DNA from: Magallana gigas
Lineage: Eukaryota
Reading direction: 5' to 3'
DNA length: 64,000 nucleotides
Assembly: GCF_963853765.1 (NCBI RefSeq)
Contig: NC_088857.1
Coordinates: forward strand, 41,664,001 to 41,728,000
The notes below the pieces were generated by a model, which was not told the origin of the DNA, searched no databases, and saw only the letters and a program-made list of their open reading frames with translations. Position 1 is the first letter of the stretch; each line of letters begins with the position of its first letter. Below are positions 1-12,869 of the stretch, piece by piece. The translations under genes and the position numbers were made by a program.

Positions 1-1276
1 CTAAGTCATGGAACATTTTCTTGCATAAATTATTGAATGTTTGTCTATTATGCAGAACGGTATTTGTAATAAATCATTCATAGAACGACAAAGTCACATC
101 AAGGAATCGTTTTAGTTTTATTGCTACAGAAATAAACTTAAATATTGTACCTTATTTAGAAAGTATCTGATATGAACTTGAATTTTAATCAGAAAAAGGC
201 ACTTATCAGCCGACGCTTTCAGGAAATTGTCTTTCTCCTATCATTCCTTCTAAGAAGTTCCTGAAAGAAATTCCTACGAATATATGGTACCAAACTTATC
301 CTCATCAATTCTTTATGTAAGTACCCAGCCAAATAACTATTTACCTAGTACAATGTATTAAATCGCATTATTTACAACAATGCTGGACAGGGGAGGCTTG
401 TTTGATTTTTTTTAATGTTTCAATTCTTAATCAGGTAATTAAGTTATGAAGTCTTGCAGAAGTGAGCAATGGCTCTCTCAGTGTTACAAATTCAACATGT
501 TCTATCTCTGCCGTTTAAGTTTAAGTCGTGATTTTTGTATATTATACACTTTACTATTCATTCATAATTGTACCAAAAATGCAGATGTACTCTGCATGTT
601 TCAAAATACATGTATTATGATTTAAATTTATTGTTTAACCATCATGATGTCTACCAAAGATTAGGATTTTCATGTCTTTATTTTTGTTACAATACAATAG
701 AAATACTTGAATAGTTAAACAAAAATTTATCAATGTACTAAAACGTAATGTGTTTTCTGTTTGATTTGTGTGAGTTATTTTCCTGAAAGAAAGAGAGGTT
801 TTTTACTTTTGTTTGGACCCTAGACATAAGAAATATTTGAAATTGCTTTATGGTGCATGTTTAGGGGTAGAGTTTCATTTTTACCGACTTTGGTGATAAC
901 TGCCTACGAAAGTGAGCACATTTTGTATGTTAGGAGTCCAAGGACACCTCCCTAAATTGCACTTTATGTAACAATTGTGGTTATAAGTGTCTGAAAATAG
1001 TTCAATTGTTTAATACGGTTTATTATGGAAAATAATAAAGGCAGCAAGAGAAACGCTTTGTTATTTGTCAAACATAACGTATTCTTTTTGTGGTAGAATC
1101 TATGGACCGTAAAGCTATGGTCAACTAAAAATACTAAAGTACAAGCTTACTACCGCAAGCGTGCACCAGAGTGGTAAATGGGATCAATATGGCTTATTAT
1201 GTAAGCGTTGGTTCGAAATGTCGTAGCCGATATTTGAGATTTTGTGCAATTATCGCCCAGCGGAACATCATCTTTT

Positions 1277-2089
1277 ATTTAACGAGGCCGGGTCTAATTT
1301 TTTCTGCCCTAGATTTTTGAATGAAATTTTTTACAAGAATTTCTAGTGATATAATTATTATTTTAAGATTAAAAAATAAGACATTTACCACACCGTTTGT
1401 TTAAGGGGTCATCTCAAAGTTTGTTAATTTCTAACATAGGTCCCTATGGGATTTTGCTTGAAATGTACCAAAATTGCACATTTTTTAAACTTCTGCCCTA
1501 GGGATTTCTTTTTTTGTTCTACATATTAAAGTTATTGCGAAAAGGCATCAAATTGTCAAATAAAAAAACCCTTTTACCTCCTGGTTTGTTCCAGGGGTCT
1601 TATCAAAGTTATTTTTTGTACGCCCAATTTCCAAGTTTGTCAGATAATGGCTATTTTTTATTTGACAAAGACGGAAATTGTGATCTTTATTGTGTTATTA
1701 AAACATTACGACATATTTAAGTAATAAATAAATATATAACATCACATACATGTATTAAGGGTAATTAATATAAAATACATACTTAAATAAATGAATTAAG
1801 CGATATTTAGGCGGGTTAAGAAAACGTGACAGAGGGTTAGGCTTGCTGAACCTTCTTCACGTTTCGACCCGAGCCCAAATATAGCTTATACTTCGAGACA
1901 TTTATGTTTATTCCACAATATAATATCAATTTTGCACATCAAACGAGCTATTTTCAACAAATTTCGCTGAATATCTGCAGTTGAAACTATCACGCCATGG
2001 CATCAACAAAGCAAAAAGATGACGTCACAATACAAATGAAACGCTGCGCGAAAGCGTGCGTACTCGTTCTGTACTCGGCCTCGTTAAAT
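1277..2089. mobile_element. Putative non-autonomous element bounded by 14-bp inverted repeats, with an internal hairpin (Crypton-like architecture, class uncertain)
   Basis: ATTTAACGAGGCCG at 1277-1290 and its exact reverse complement at 2076-2089; imperfect ~92-bp palindrome at 1797-1888 (TAAGCGATATTTAGGC...GCCCAAATATAGCTTA). No TSD seen. Confidence 0.35.
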
Positions 2090-4906
2090 GTAGTTTTGAT
2101 TCAAGGTAACTGATTTGTTTTGCTGTACATGTTATGTATTCTTTTGTTAACTTGTACCTAAACAATAAGTTGTAAAAGCTTGTAGCATCGGACATCTCGA
2201 AGAAAAAAATCACCACAAACTTTGAAAATTGGAGAGGCTTTGATTATCACAATGCTGAAAATACATGTATATGTTAATTTAAAGGATTCGAGGTTTATAC
2301 TTTTAAGTCTTGCCTACATTTTTTGCATACTAGCATTTTTAACACTTAAGAACTAAACATAAAGACCCAATAAGACACTCACCGTTAGCGATGCTGTATC
2401 AGTTTTGCAACAAGCTGTGCTAAGGGGTAACAGTAGGACCACCAAACGGATTAATCAGTTGCGAGAGGAAAAATTTTTTGTTTATTTTGAAAAATAAATT
2501 ACAAGCAGTAAAACCAGATCACATTTCTTTTTTCATTGTAATTCGGTCTTTTCTTGCATAACATCAATTCCTCGATTCAGTTAGCCTATTTGTATTTAAC
2601 TAACACTGTATTCAATCAGTTGTTTTGCATGCCTTTAAGATAAAATTCACCGATAACTGTGGAAATAAAAAGGGTTTGACATTTAACAATGCGCTTAAAA
2701 CAAGTATGTTTGTCTGATGATTCCAAGATCTTAGGTTTTCTTTTAATCTTGCCTACAAGCTTTTGTACATTAACACACAAAATACACCCACATATACACT
2801 TAGAGATGCGCAAGGGGATACAAATTATTAGAATATATCTCTTAATCAATTATTAATTCACAACTTTTTTTCTAAACCTAAATCTGTGCAGACAGCACAG
2901 TCAAGCGTTCGGCGAATAAGTGAGCTCCAATTCTAACAACGCCTTGATGTATGCCTTGGTTTGCAACACGTTAGCATACGACCGCAAGCGCTAGGTAAAT
3001 TAATTTGTAGTTTTAGTGGCCTTGTCGCGCACTTGTCAATAGCATCGCTTGTTAAGGATGACAGACGCTCTCATCACAACGAGTGCTTCAATGATAGTAA
3101 ATCAACACTTGGCGCGGCATAATTTTAATTATTTAGATTTAATTTAAGTCCTTGAAAGTAAGCGTAATGTCTCATATCATACATAACGCTCAGATCGTGT
3201 TTTTTTTATAGATATTACTACTTGTGTGCATGCAAATGTAAATTGCTCTTAAAATCATTAAGCAGTCATGAGCAGTTTCGTTTCTTGTTTATTGTGCTTA
3301 CGAACATGTACTTACTATTTATTTTCTGATCTTTTAAAATGGAAAAATCTTTTCTTCATATGTATGGAAATATCAAGAAAAAGGAACTGTTATGCAATTT
3401 ATGATATAAATAATATATAATGGTCATTAGGCGAGTCACTTTTTGGTATGAAGTTATGATTTGTGGCTGTATTTTACATAATGCTTGAATAGCCTTTTCT
3501 ATGAAAACAGCCCCTTTCCGCACTCAAATAATGATGTATGTAAACAAAATGGAGATAGTGCAGTATTTAGGGATTCTCTACACTAATAAAAAATATGCCT
3601 GGACTGATAAAAAATATCCCTGGACTATATGACCTATTAAGTTTCAAAATAAGATGCGTGCCCTTCTGTCAAGAACTATTTTTATTTAGACAATGATATT
3701 TTTATATATAAAAATTACTTCTGTCAGCTTTATAACTGAGGAAACTACATGGAAATGTAGTTTTAAACATTTGGTTTCGTGTATTTAGAATATATGAACT
3801 TATTTACAACTGCACATCTTTGAGATAATGACCATTTCGGCTCGCTTAAAAAATGGACTTAGGATAAAAGCATTTCTGAATCAGATAATTTTGATTTTAC
3901 CTTAACTTATGACTTAGAAATGTTCCAGTTGGTATAGAACTTTAATTTAAGCTTATTTTTTTTAAAAAATCTGATTTGGCTCTCACATTTGACCTAAAAC
4001 GTGATTCAAGGCCACTTTAAACCCTTTTCCTAAAAGCTCTGTTAATTAAATCATGGTTTGGATATGGTTAAGAGATTAGCATTTATAATATGCTTTGAAC
4101 ATAGATTGTTTGCTTGTTTGATATTACCTTGATCTAAATAATTCATGTACCAAAGGCACTCAGTAGGTGAAGTGTGAGCCAGACTGGACCAAAAGAAGAG
4201 AATATATGATTTGAACAAGTATTGTTCACATTATTCTTCTATGAACTTAACCTTCGGACTAGATACTTGGTTCAAGCTCACTGCACACCTTTAACCAAAC
4301 ATTTTTACTCGAGTTTTCTTTTAAACAATCAAAAACTGATAAATGTAATTTTCGTTAGTTTCAGTCGCTTGACTGACCAAAATGTAGTTTCAAAATCAGA
4401 ATGCAGCAATCAATCCTCGAACATATCTTCCAAGTTAATCTCGACTCATTGCTGTAAAAGTGATACTCTCGGAAGTGAAGGTCAAAGTCAGATGAGAAAA
4501 AGATTCAAAATAAAGAGGTTTGGATTAAACGGTCTTAGACAGGTAAATGGCGTGAGGCCAATCCGAACTAATATCAAATCCTCTTGCAAAAGAGGACATT
4601 GAATCGGCGTGGTTTTTTAATGGCTTATCTTATATCTTATTTTAATGGTTTATCCAAAAGTCAAGAATTTCACCTGCATCTTTACCTTGGTCCAAATTTG
4701 GTGGATTGTGAATGAACATCAGTTTTTGGGGGAGTTTGCCAAAATTTTAAGGCAGTGGTAAAAAAAAATAGTCTGGTATATTTCACATCAGATTCGTGGG
4801 CAAATGACTATTGCATGTCGTGGTAGGTATTGGCACGATAAAAATCACCGCGGTTTTAATAGTTGCAGGCGCAAAATAAATGTCGATATTTACATTAATT
4901 TACATC

Positions 4907-7900
4907 TAGTCTAGTCAATATACAAAATGACCTCAAGAAGATTGCTACAAAAGGTTTTTCTGCTTTAAGTTATATTACATTACAAGTCTTAATAACATTA
5001 AAAATATACAAAAATATAATTTGCGGAAGACGTTGAAAAGGGGATCTTTAATGTGACCGCGAATTGTAAAATTTCAATTTTAATTTATGGTGCGGTTTGT
5101 CCTCGATACACAGAAAATATGACGTCATGATGACACAAGACAGTGACGTATCACTTCACAAGTCCCTGAGACGCTGTGAAAGCATGGTCATTGATATTAA
5201 ATAAGCTGCAATGATCATTCCTGTTACATAAGTACATTAAAATTGGGTTCTTAGGTAACTTATTTTTTATTCGCTGCTTATCGCAGGTAGGTAACGACAT
5301 AAATTCAGGCCAAGTATGCGACTAGCTAAGCTTGCGTACCAAAACAATCGCCAGTATAGTTCCCGATTCTTGATATTTTCCCGTAGATTAACATAAGTTC
5401 CATAAACTGAAATCAAATATTTCAAAGCAGATGCCAAAATAACAATTTCTTACTGAACGGGAAATCGCCTTCATTTGTTTGAAAAAATCATCTACGGTGA
5501 GCCATGTGTGACAATTTTATGCATTCTTTACGCATACAAGGTAAACAGTACAAATTCTAAAGCAGTTTTTGAAATTCAGTTTGATTTATAATTCTTTAAG
5601 CCTAATATTTAAAATTTATGCACATACATGGATAAAACAATTTTTTAAAAATAATATTCTTCGATTCACGTGATTTAAAAACTCGAAACACTATGAATTG
5701 AATGAATATAGAAAATGGATTTGTGTGTTTTCTGCAAGAGAGATCTAGGTACATGGAAAACAATTGAATTACGTGAAAAGGGAAGCATTGGTGTTAACAA
5801 TGCAAGCACTGAAAGAGGTGATTCTATATCTACTAGGGCTGGACAAGTCGTTCATGAGGAATGCCGACGCACTTATGTCAATCCTAGTTATAAAAATTTT
5901 GAAAAGATAATCAACATCACCGGTAATCCCTATTCCATCCAGATCATTTAGATAAGAAATGCAATTTAATTTTAAAGAAGAATGTCTATTTTGCGGAAAA
6001 ACCGGTAAATGACAATGCAAAACGAAAAAAAAACATGGTGTACACTCGGTTCAAACAACTCAGTTTCAATCAACTTTAGAACAGATTTGCAATGATAGAA
6101 ACGACGAATGGGCAGTCAAAGCTCAAGGTAGGATAGAATTTGCTAGGGACCTTCATGCGGCTGATGCTGTTTATCACAGTACATGTAGTGGTAATTTTCG
6201 ATCAGGGTAAAAAGTGCCAGAGGTGTTTTCAAAACGTAAGGAAAATGCATCTTATTCACGAGGTCGACCAAATACTGGCCACACATTGTTCTTTAAAAAC
6301 TTGGAAGAAAATGACGACGAACAGACAACAATCAAAGATCTAGTACACCACATGAAAAGTCTTTCAGAAGATGCGGCATATTCCAATCAACATATGAAAA
6401 TAAAATTAAAGGAGCATTATGGTAATTCAATCATAATAACTGAATTAAACGGCAAAGAAAATGTAGTTACATTTCGCCAGAATGCCGCAACCATACTGCA
6501 TACTTTCTATAAGGAATCAGTTCCTAAGTCTGACGAAGAAAAAAAAGGTTTCTGATTAAACAGCGGCAACACTGATCAAGAATGATATACGAAACATGCC
6601 GGTAGGTAAAGCATTTTATCCAAGTGTTCAGGATATTCTGTCAAAAGAGGATCATTTACCAGACAGTTTATCATCATTTCTGAAAGTAGTAACTTCTGAG
6701 AATGTCTCATCAACCAAAATTAATTCAATTGGTCAAGCTATCATACAAGCCACAAGACCAAGAAGAGTGATAGAACCTCTTCAAATTGGACTTGCAGTGC
6801 AACTGCAACATATGTTTGGGTCCAGGTTTCTAATAGATACCCTCAACAGTATGGGGCTTTGTTCATCATACTCTGAAGTCAAGAAATTCGAATCATCTGC
6901 TGTCATTTCATCAAAGCAAGAGACATGCCCTTTAGACAAATCACATTGTCTACAATTTGTAGCAGATAATGTAGACCATAACATCAACACCATTGATGGA
7001 AATAACAACTTTCATGGTATGGGGATTATATCTTGTTTGTCTCCCGGGTTAGAGAAAAACCATCTACGCATTCAACGTTTGGATGTTACTACTGATGATT
7101 TAATTGCATCTGGCCATATCAGCTTATATTACTTCAATGTGGAAAGGAATTCAAACAAACACAATCACTTTTACTGAGAATATGCCACTGAGAATAAAGA
7201 AGGAAACTTTTCTTGTGAATGTATCAAACAAGCAACGCTTTGCTGAACTCCTTGTACGAAAACTGCAAGAGAGCAATATCGAAGCCATACAAAGTGAGGG
7301 TGATGCAGATTTGTTGATATGTCAGACAGCTGTTAATAAGGCAGACGATCACGCAGTGGTTGTGTATGGAGAAGACACTGATTTGCTAGTTCTGCTGTGC
7401 CATTATGCAAAAGAAGGCAGACAAATCTTTTCACCACTGACAAACAAACGTCAATGAAAAACCACAGAGTTTGGGATATGTGAAAAGCAAAGTCGGTTCT
7501 TGGAAGTGATAGTTGTCGTCAACTTCTGTTTATTCATGCTTTAACAGGGTGTGACACAACTAGTCGTTTGCATGGCATTGGAAAACCTGCTGCCTTGAAA
7601 AAAATAATGACTGACGTTTATCTAAAATCATAAGGAGCTGTATTTTTGCAAGAAAATTCTAGCAAAGAAGATATAATAAAGGCGGGAGAAGAAGCATTAG
7701 TAAACTTAAATGTTGGGGTACCGCTAGAGGGTTTAGACATTCTCAGATGGAGAAAGTTCACGACAAAAACAATGTCATCTAAAAGGAATGCTGTGGTCCA
7801 AGTGCAATCTTTTCCACCAACATCTGATGCTGCCATATTTCATTTAATGCGAGTTTACTTACAGTGTCAGTACTGGAAAGGCAAATCAGTGGCAGATCTT

Positions 7901-8987
7901 GATCCAACAAAATGGGGTTGGACTCTTAAAACTGGCAAACTTCTCCCTATTGAAATGTCCAACCCACCTGCACCCGACCTCCTATTTAAAATCATCCACT
8001 GCAATTGTAAAACCAACTGCGACAATAAGAAATGTAGCTGTCGAAAACATGGCATAGCGTGTTCAGGTGGATGTGGAGAATGTAGAGGAATCAACTGTTT
8101 CAATTCAAGAAATACTCCAGAATCTGATGACGAGAGTGAAAACGAAATTTAGAATTAAAAAACTGTTATATTCCTTTACAATAAAAGGATGTTAATTCCA
8201 TTTCCATTTTATTTTTCATGGTTGTGATGTAAACAATTTGCATCAATTGTTCATATCCAATCTTGTTATCAGATTATAAATAAGCTGATACCATATTGAT
8301 TTGATTTGGTTATTAATTATTTCTTTATTACCATGATTCAAAAAGACAAAAAAAAATTGCCCTAAATATGACCAATGTTTTATGTTATGTTATTATTTCA
8401 ATTGTTCAAATACTATTCTGTAATTTGGAGTGAAGATAATTCGTTACAAATTGATTTGATATTGTTTTTACTTTTCCCCACAATTCCACAATTTTTTAAT
8501 AACAATACATAAAAAAGCAATATTTGACCCAAAAGAATCTTTAATATTTTTCGTGAAATTGTTTTACATGTATTACTCGGACAAAATAAAACTTAAAATG
8601 GAGTTTAGAATAAGCTGATACCAATTTATAAAATGTTTCCAGATTTCCGAGATTTTTAGATAAAAATGCTATTATTTACCCCAAAACACCTTCAATATTT
8701 GTTGTAAAAGCGTTTTAATCAGTTGTACCTATGAACTCATTTCATTTCAAAACAGCATAAATTGATACTAATTGATTTAATTTGGTTATTAATTTTTTGC
8801 AGATTTCCGCGATTTTTCAATGAAAACCCATTTTTTACCCCAAAAAAACTATTTTCCGCATATCGTACAAATGTATATTTTTTAATATGTTATTTGTATA
8901 TACAAACACCTTTGATTTCAGTGGTAATTAGCTTTATAGCAATTTTCTTGAAGTTTTGCTGAAATTTTTCACAGATTGACTAGACTA
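4907..8987 (+). mobile_element. AcademX DNA transposon, internally deleted (4081 bp)
   Basis: 13-bp perfect TIR TAGTCTAGTCAAT (4907-4919) / ATTGACTAGACTA (8975-8987), with further imperfect similarity inward; 3-bp TSD ATC (4904-4906, 8988-8990); encloses transposase + XPG + Cys-cluster coding remnants. TAG termini and 3-4 bp TSD match known AcademX. Confidence 0.9.
5715..8152 (+). pseudogene. Frameshifted Academ transposase / XPG(FEN1)-like nuclease / C-terminal Cys-rich (CXC) finger
   Basis: Fragments in shifting frames: N-terminal CxxC...HxxCR; DLHAADAVYH; ADNVDHNINTIDGNNNFHGMG (Academ DDE start); EGDAD, GEDTD, HALTGCDTTS (XPG-type acidic motifs); PPTSDAAIFHLMRVYLQ; CNCKTNCDNKKCSCRKHGIACSGGCGECRG. 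Several frameshifts and an in-frame TAA at ~7629. Confidence 0.85.
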
Positions 8988-9692
8988 ATCGAACTAAATT
9001 AAAGCGAAACGGTTACTCTTTTGAAACCTTTTCTTAATTAGTAACGCTAACCACAAAAGTGTGAGCATTTTATAATATTCTTAGTTGATTTGCTTTGCAG
9101 AATAGAATAGAATATTTTAATCATGAAACTAATGTACTATTATTCGATAGTTGTTTTAAATAAATAAATGACTTTTTAACCCTTCAAGTATAACATTCTC
9201 ATGATTTTTTGAAAATATATAGGAGTTTGAATTGTATTTTAATACATAAATAACAAATTAGAACCATTTTAACAAGAGCTTGGACTTTGGGTAGTTGTAT
9301 CAAACTGTAATGTGACGTAGGCCTGTCTATTTCATCGCTGGCCAATCAGCCGTGGTTTTATAAAGTTAACAAGATTTGTCTTGCTTTTGAGCTAAGACTA
9401 CGCAATCTGTGTATATTTCACTTGAAAACAGCGTCATTTTAAACTTGTTTTGTCGCAAGAAAAAAATGTTACATCATACTGAAAGTCCAAGCTGTTGTTA
9501 AACTGGTTCTAACGTTTAGATTTTAGATTCTTTATAACTGATGTCATCTTCCACCATCCGATACCATATTTCTTCATTATTTTTTTAGGTTATATATCTT
9601 CATTGCTTAACGCAATTTTGTGAAATATATGTATTGATTGTTTCCTTACAAGTTCCAAAAGATTAAGCCTAACAAAATAACACGTGTTGTTC

Positions 9693-9827
9693 CTACAGAA
9701 GTTTGACCCGTTGTTAAGGTCAATAGAAGGCAAGGCGAACTTTTTATGGACTTAAACAAGCCTGTTAAGCCCAAAGAAGGCAAGGCGAGCCTTCTGTGGA
9801 CTTTAACAACCCGACAAACTTCTGTAG
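9693..9827. repeat. Two tandem hairpins with identical loops inside an outer inverted repeat
   Basis: Outer arms CTACAGAAGTTTG (9693) / CAAACTTCTGTAG (ends 9827); hairpins 9711-9759 and 9762-9809, each with GCAAGGCGA at the apex (9730, 9780). Confidence 0.8.
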
Positions 9828-10284
9828 ACAGTCAATAACAAACCTAACGCCGAGGACCCAACCTGAGATAAACCAACAAAAGAAAAGGTACAATTATATT
9901 CGTTTGTAAAAAGCTATCAAGAAATGAAACGTTAAAAGCTCAACAATGGTCAAAAAATTTCACAATTGTGCTTTTCTGGTAAAGATCCGTCATCTATTTT
10001 TAAGATTGTGTATGGTAATGAATCAATTTCTGAACATGGAGATATGTTGAAGGTCGGAAATTAACGACTGGGTACATATGAATTCCTGTCCCCCAAAGTC
10101 ACTTAATAGCTCATTCATGTTAATGTTTGTCAAGTCAAGATTGACATTTTGAATTTCATGGAAATCGTTATTTTCGTTGCGGACTGCAGGCTTAATAGCA
10201 GGATTTTTTAAGTTTGGTAAATCTGCCATTGTAGGTAGAATGTTTACGATAAATGAGTCGCCCGTCATTATTATAATTTTCTCG

Positions 10285-10542
10285 TCACTGACGTTTTGAC
10301 ATACACTTTTGTACAGATTTATGTCTTGTTACTGCGATGGCTTGCGACGGACCAACCATGGATGTTAATAAAATAGATGTTCCAGTAGCTCTGATTGAAT
10401 AGTTGGTATAAATTTGTGAAAACCCTGCTGCTTTACTGAGACAGCTGAGGAATGTGCTGAGCTTTTTTTCACCAACCAAGGCATTGCAATACCACACACT
10501 GTCAGACTCAACAAAGATTTTAGAGGTGCAAAAAAAATGCAA
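10285..10542 (-). pseudogene. Crypton-type tyrosine recombinase C-terminal remnant (DUF3504-like)
   Basis: VWYCNALVGEKKLSTFLSCLSKAAGFSQIYTNYSIRATG...VTRHKSVQ matches the WY..P.G.N.L...AG...YTNHSLRAT...TGHKS pattern of Crypton/ZMYM-type YRs; the catalytic His positions are degraded and the terminal Tyr is lost. Confidence 0.7.
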
Positions 10543-11920
10543 AAAGTTAATGTTTATATTATATTTGACAAGCTGTATTTAAAATACTTATTTCCATGTA
10601 TTAATTTTTATTCAAATAACATATTTGATGTGATAACTGGTAAACAAATTTAGTATGAATTTCCTTTCTTTTGTTTATTTGTTGAAACTTACTTGTCACA
10701 ATCTGGCCGCAACTTTGAAATACACATCTCATATGAGAGTACTGGTCAAAAAAAAAAAACTCTCATTAAAGTTTTAATATCCTTATAGAATTTAAGTAAG
10801 CTTTAAATTGATGTAATAGCCTGGTATAACTCCTTCCTTTTCTATAATTTAAAAAATATTTACTAACAGTTCACCTTCCCTGCACTTCTGGCTTTATCTC
10901 TGAAAACGATTCTATGTCAACTTTATGATTGTGTGCGAGTTCGTCCACTACCTTTTTTATATTCTCTTGACCTGTTTTGTCATCAGTAAAAACTTAGAAG
11001 GTGTTCTTTGTCATCTTCTGCATATTTTTATTAATGACGGTACTTCCGCCATGTTGCCGTCTAGGTTTTGCCGCTCGGCGTTGAAAGAAAATTAGACGGC
11101 AATCGCGTGACGCTTCTTGTCAAATGACAGAACGTCATTTTAGTCCGAGGTAAAACAAACATCTTTTTTCACAACATTTAATAAACTGTGGTTATTCCTC
11201 GTTGTGGATGGTATTGCCACGATAAAATTTCTCGCGCTTGAAAGTTTATGGCAAGAATAAATTGCAGCGCAGAAGTTACTCTACTTTAGTTGGTTGTAAG
11301 CTTGTTTTATTTCATCCCAAAATGAAAATGGTCCGATAATGATTCTATGTAAAGAAAAGTCCAGTTTGGTACTCCAGACAGCTTTTTTTCTTTAAAATCT
11401 CATTGTAAGAAATTAGAAGTGGTTGATAATCTTTGTATTACTTTATCCCTTTCCCAAAAGTACTGTGATTCCATACAATATAAATATTTTGGGGATTTTC
11501 CATGAGTGGTGTTTTCCTAGACTCCGTTTCTCACCCGGAAATAAATTTTGATCGACCTTAGAGATTGAATTTCCCCCTTATTTCTTCCACAGGTAATCGT
11601 TTTGTATAAAGCAATTTGCGACTCAAAAGTTAACGCATTCTAGTATCTTTAATTATCTACATGCGTTTTTTTTTGTATGGGTAAAATATATAAAGTGCAC
11701 GTGAATTTTAAAAAAAAAACAATAAAACACCAATGTCCTCTTCCTAGGATACTTTAAGGACAAATGCGACGTTCCTTAGTTTTATAAAAATTTTCCTTGT
11801 AATTTCTTCTTCCTTTGCATTTAAACCAGTTAATGTCCTTGATTTTTTCGTGAATGGCATGCAAAATGCAATTGACTGCTTAATTTTATAGTCTTAGTAT
11901 ATAATTCCAATTGAAACTAT

Positions 11921-12558
11921 ATATCCACATTGAAAAATATCATATAACATGAAAATATAATTTTGAAATCACGTGATGGAAATCTTCACGTTGCGAAGAT
12001 AGAAAAAAAGAAAACAAAATAATAAAGCGAGATGTAATCTTAATAAATTTTTACTTAACTTAATAAGATTATATCTCGCTTAAATAATTTTCATTACAAC
12101 ATGATGTAGTATGGAAATACTACATAATGTTGTAATAAAAATTATTTAAGCGAGTTGTAATCTTAATAAATTTACTGCAATAGAGGAGCACATTAAGAGA
12201 GTGTAGTATTTAATTATTACTTTGACATAATGCATGTTGAATATCCACATTGAAAAATATCATATAACATGTAAATATAATTTTGAAATCACGTGATGGA
12301 AATCTTCACGTTGCGAAGATAGAAAAAAAGAAAACAAAATAATAAAGCGAGATGTTTTCTTATTAAATTTTTAGTTAACTTATTAAGATTACATCTCGCT
12401 TAAATAATTTTCATTACAACATGATGTAGTATGGAAATACTACATAATGTTTTAATAAAAATTATTTAAGCGAGTTGTAATCTTATTAAATTTACTGCAA
12501 TAGAGAAGCACATTAAGAGAGTGTAGTATTTAATTATTACTTTGACATAATGCATGTT
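11921..12558. repeat. Head-to-tail tandem duplication, 2 x 320 bp, each unit carrying nested palindromes
   Basis: Units start ATATCCACATTG at 11921 and 12241 and differ at about ten positions; 48-bp-arm hairpin at 12065-12164 (44/48 paired, GGAA loop), repeated in unit 2. Confidence 0.95.
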
Positions 12559-12869
12559 TTCTGAAATAATGAGGAAATAACGTACAGTCAGATCATACAT
12601 TTTCACGGTGAAGCTTCACTTTGTAAACATGTTTGTTTACTCGGTCGTGAAATAAATAAGAAATACAAGATCGATAACTCTTGTCTCTAAATAATGTATT
12701 TGTTTACTGAGTTGTCGCTAATTATGGAAAACTTATAATTCAGTGTACATAAGTAAAATAGTCAAGAAAGGCAGCTTTTGGTGCAAAAAATATCTTCTGT
12801 GATTGTATTCTATACACTACTCCTATGATTATATAACTAAAGCTCGTGCGTGGAACACACTTGACTCTT

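Noticed and set aside
815-939. Short inverted pair GGACCCTAGACATA / TATGTTAGGAGTCC
   Set aside because: Too short and imperfect and has no TSD; could be a MITE remnant but cannot be supported.
4222-4602. 126-aa ORF
   Set aside because: TTG start, no motif, and it lies in what looks like an old degraded repeat.
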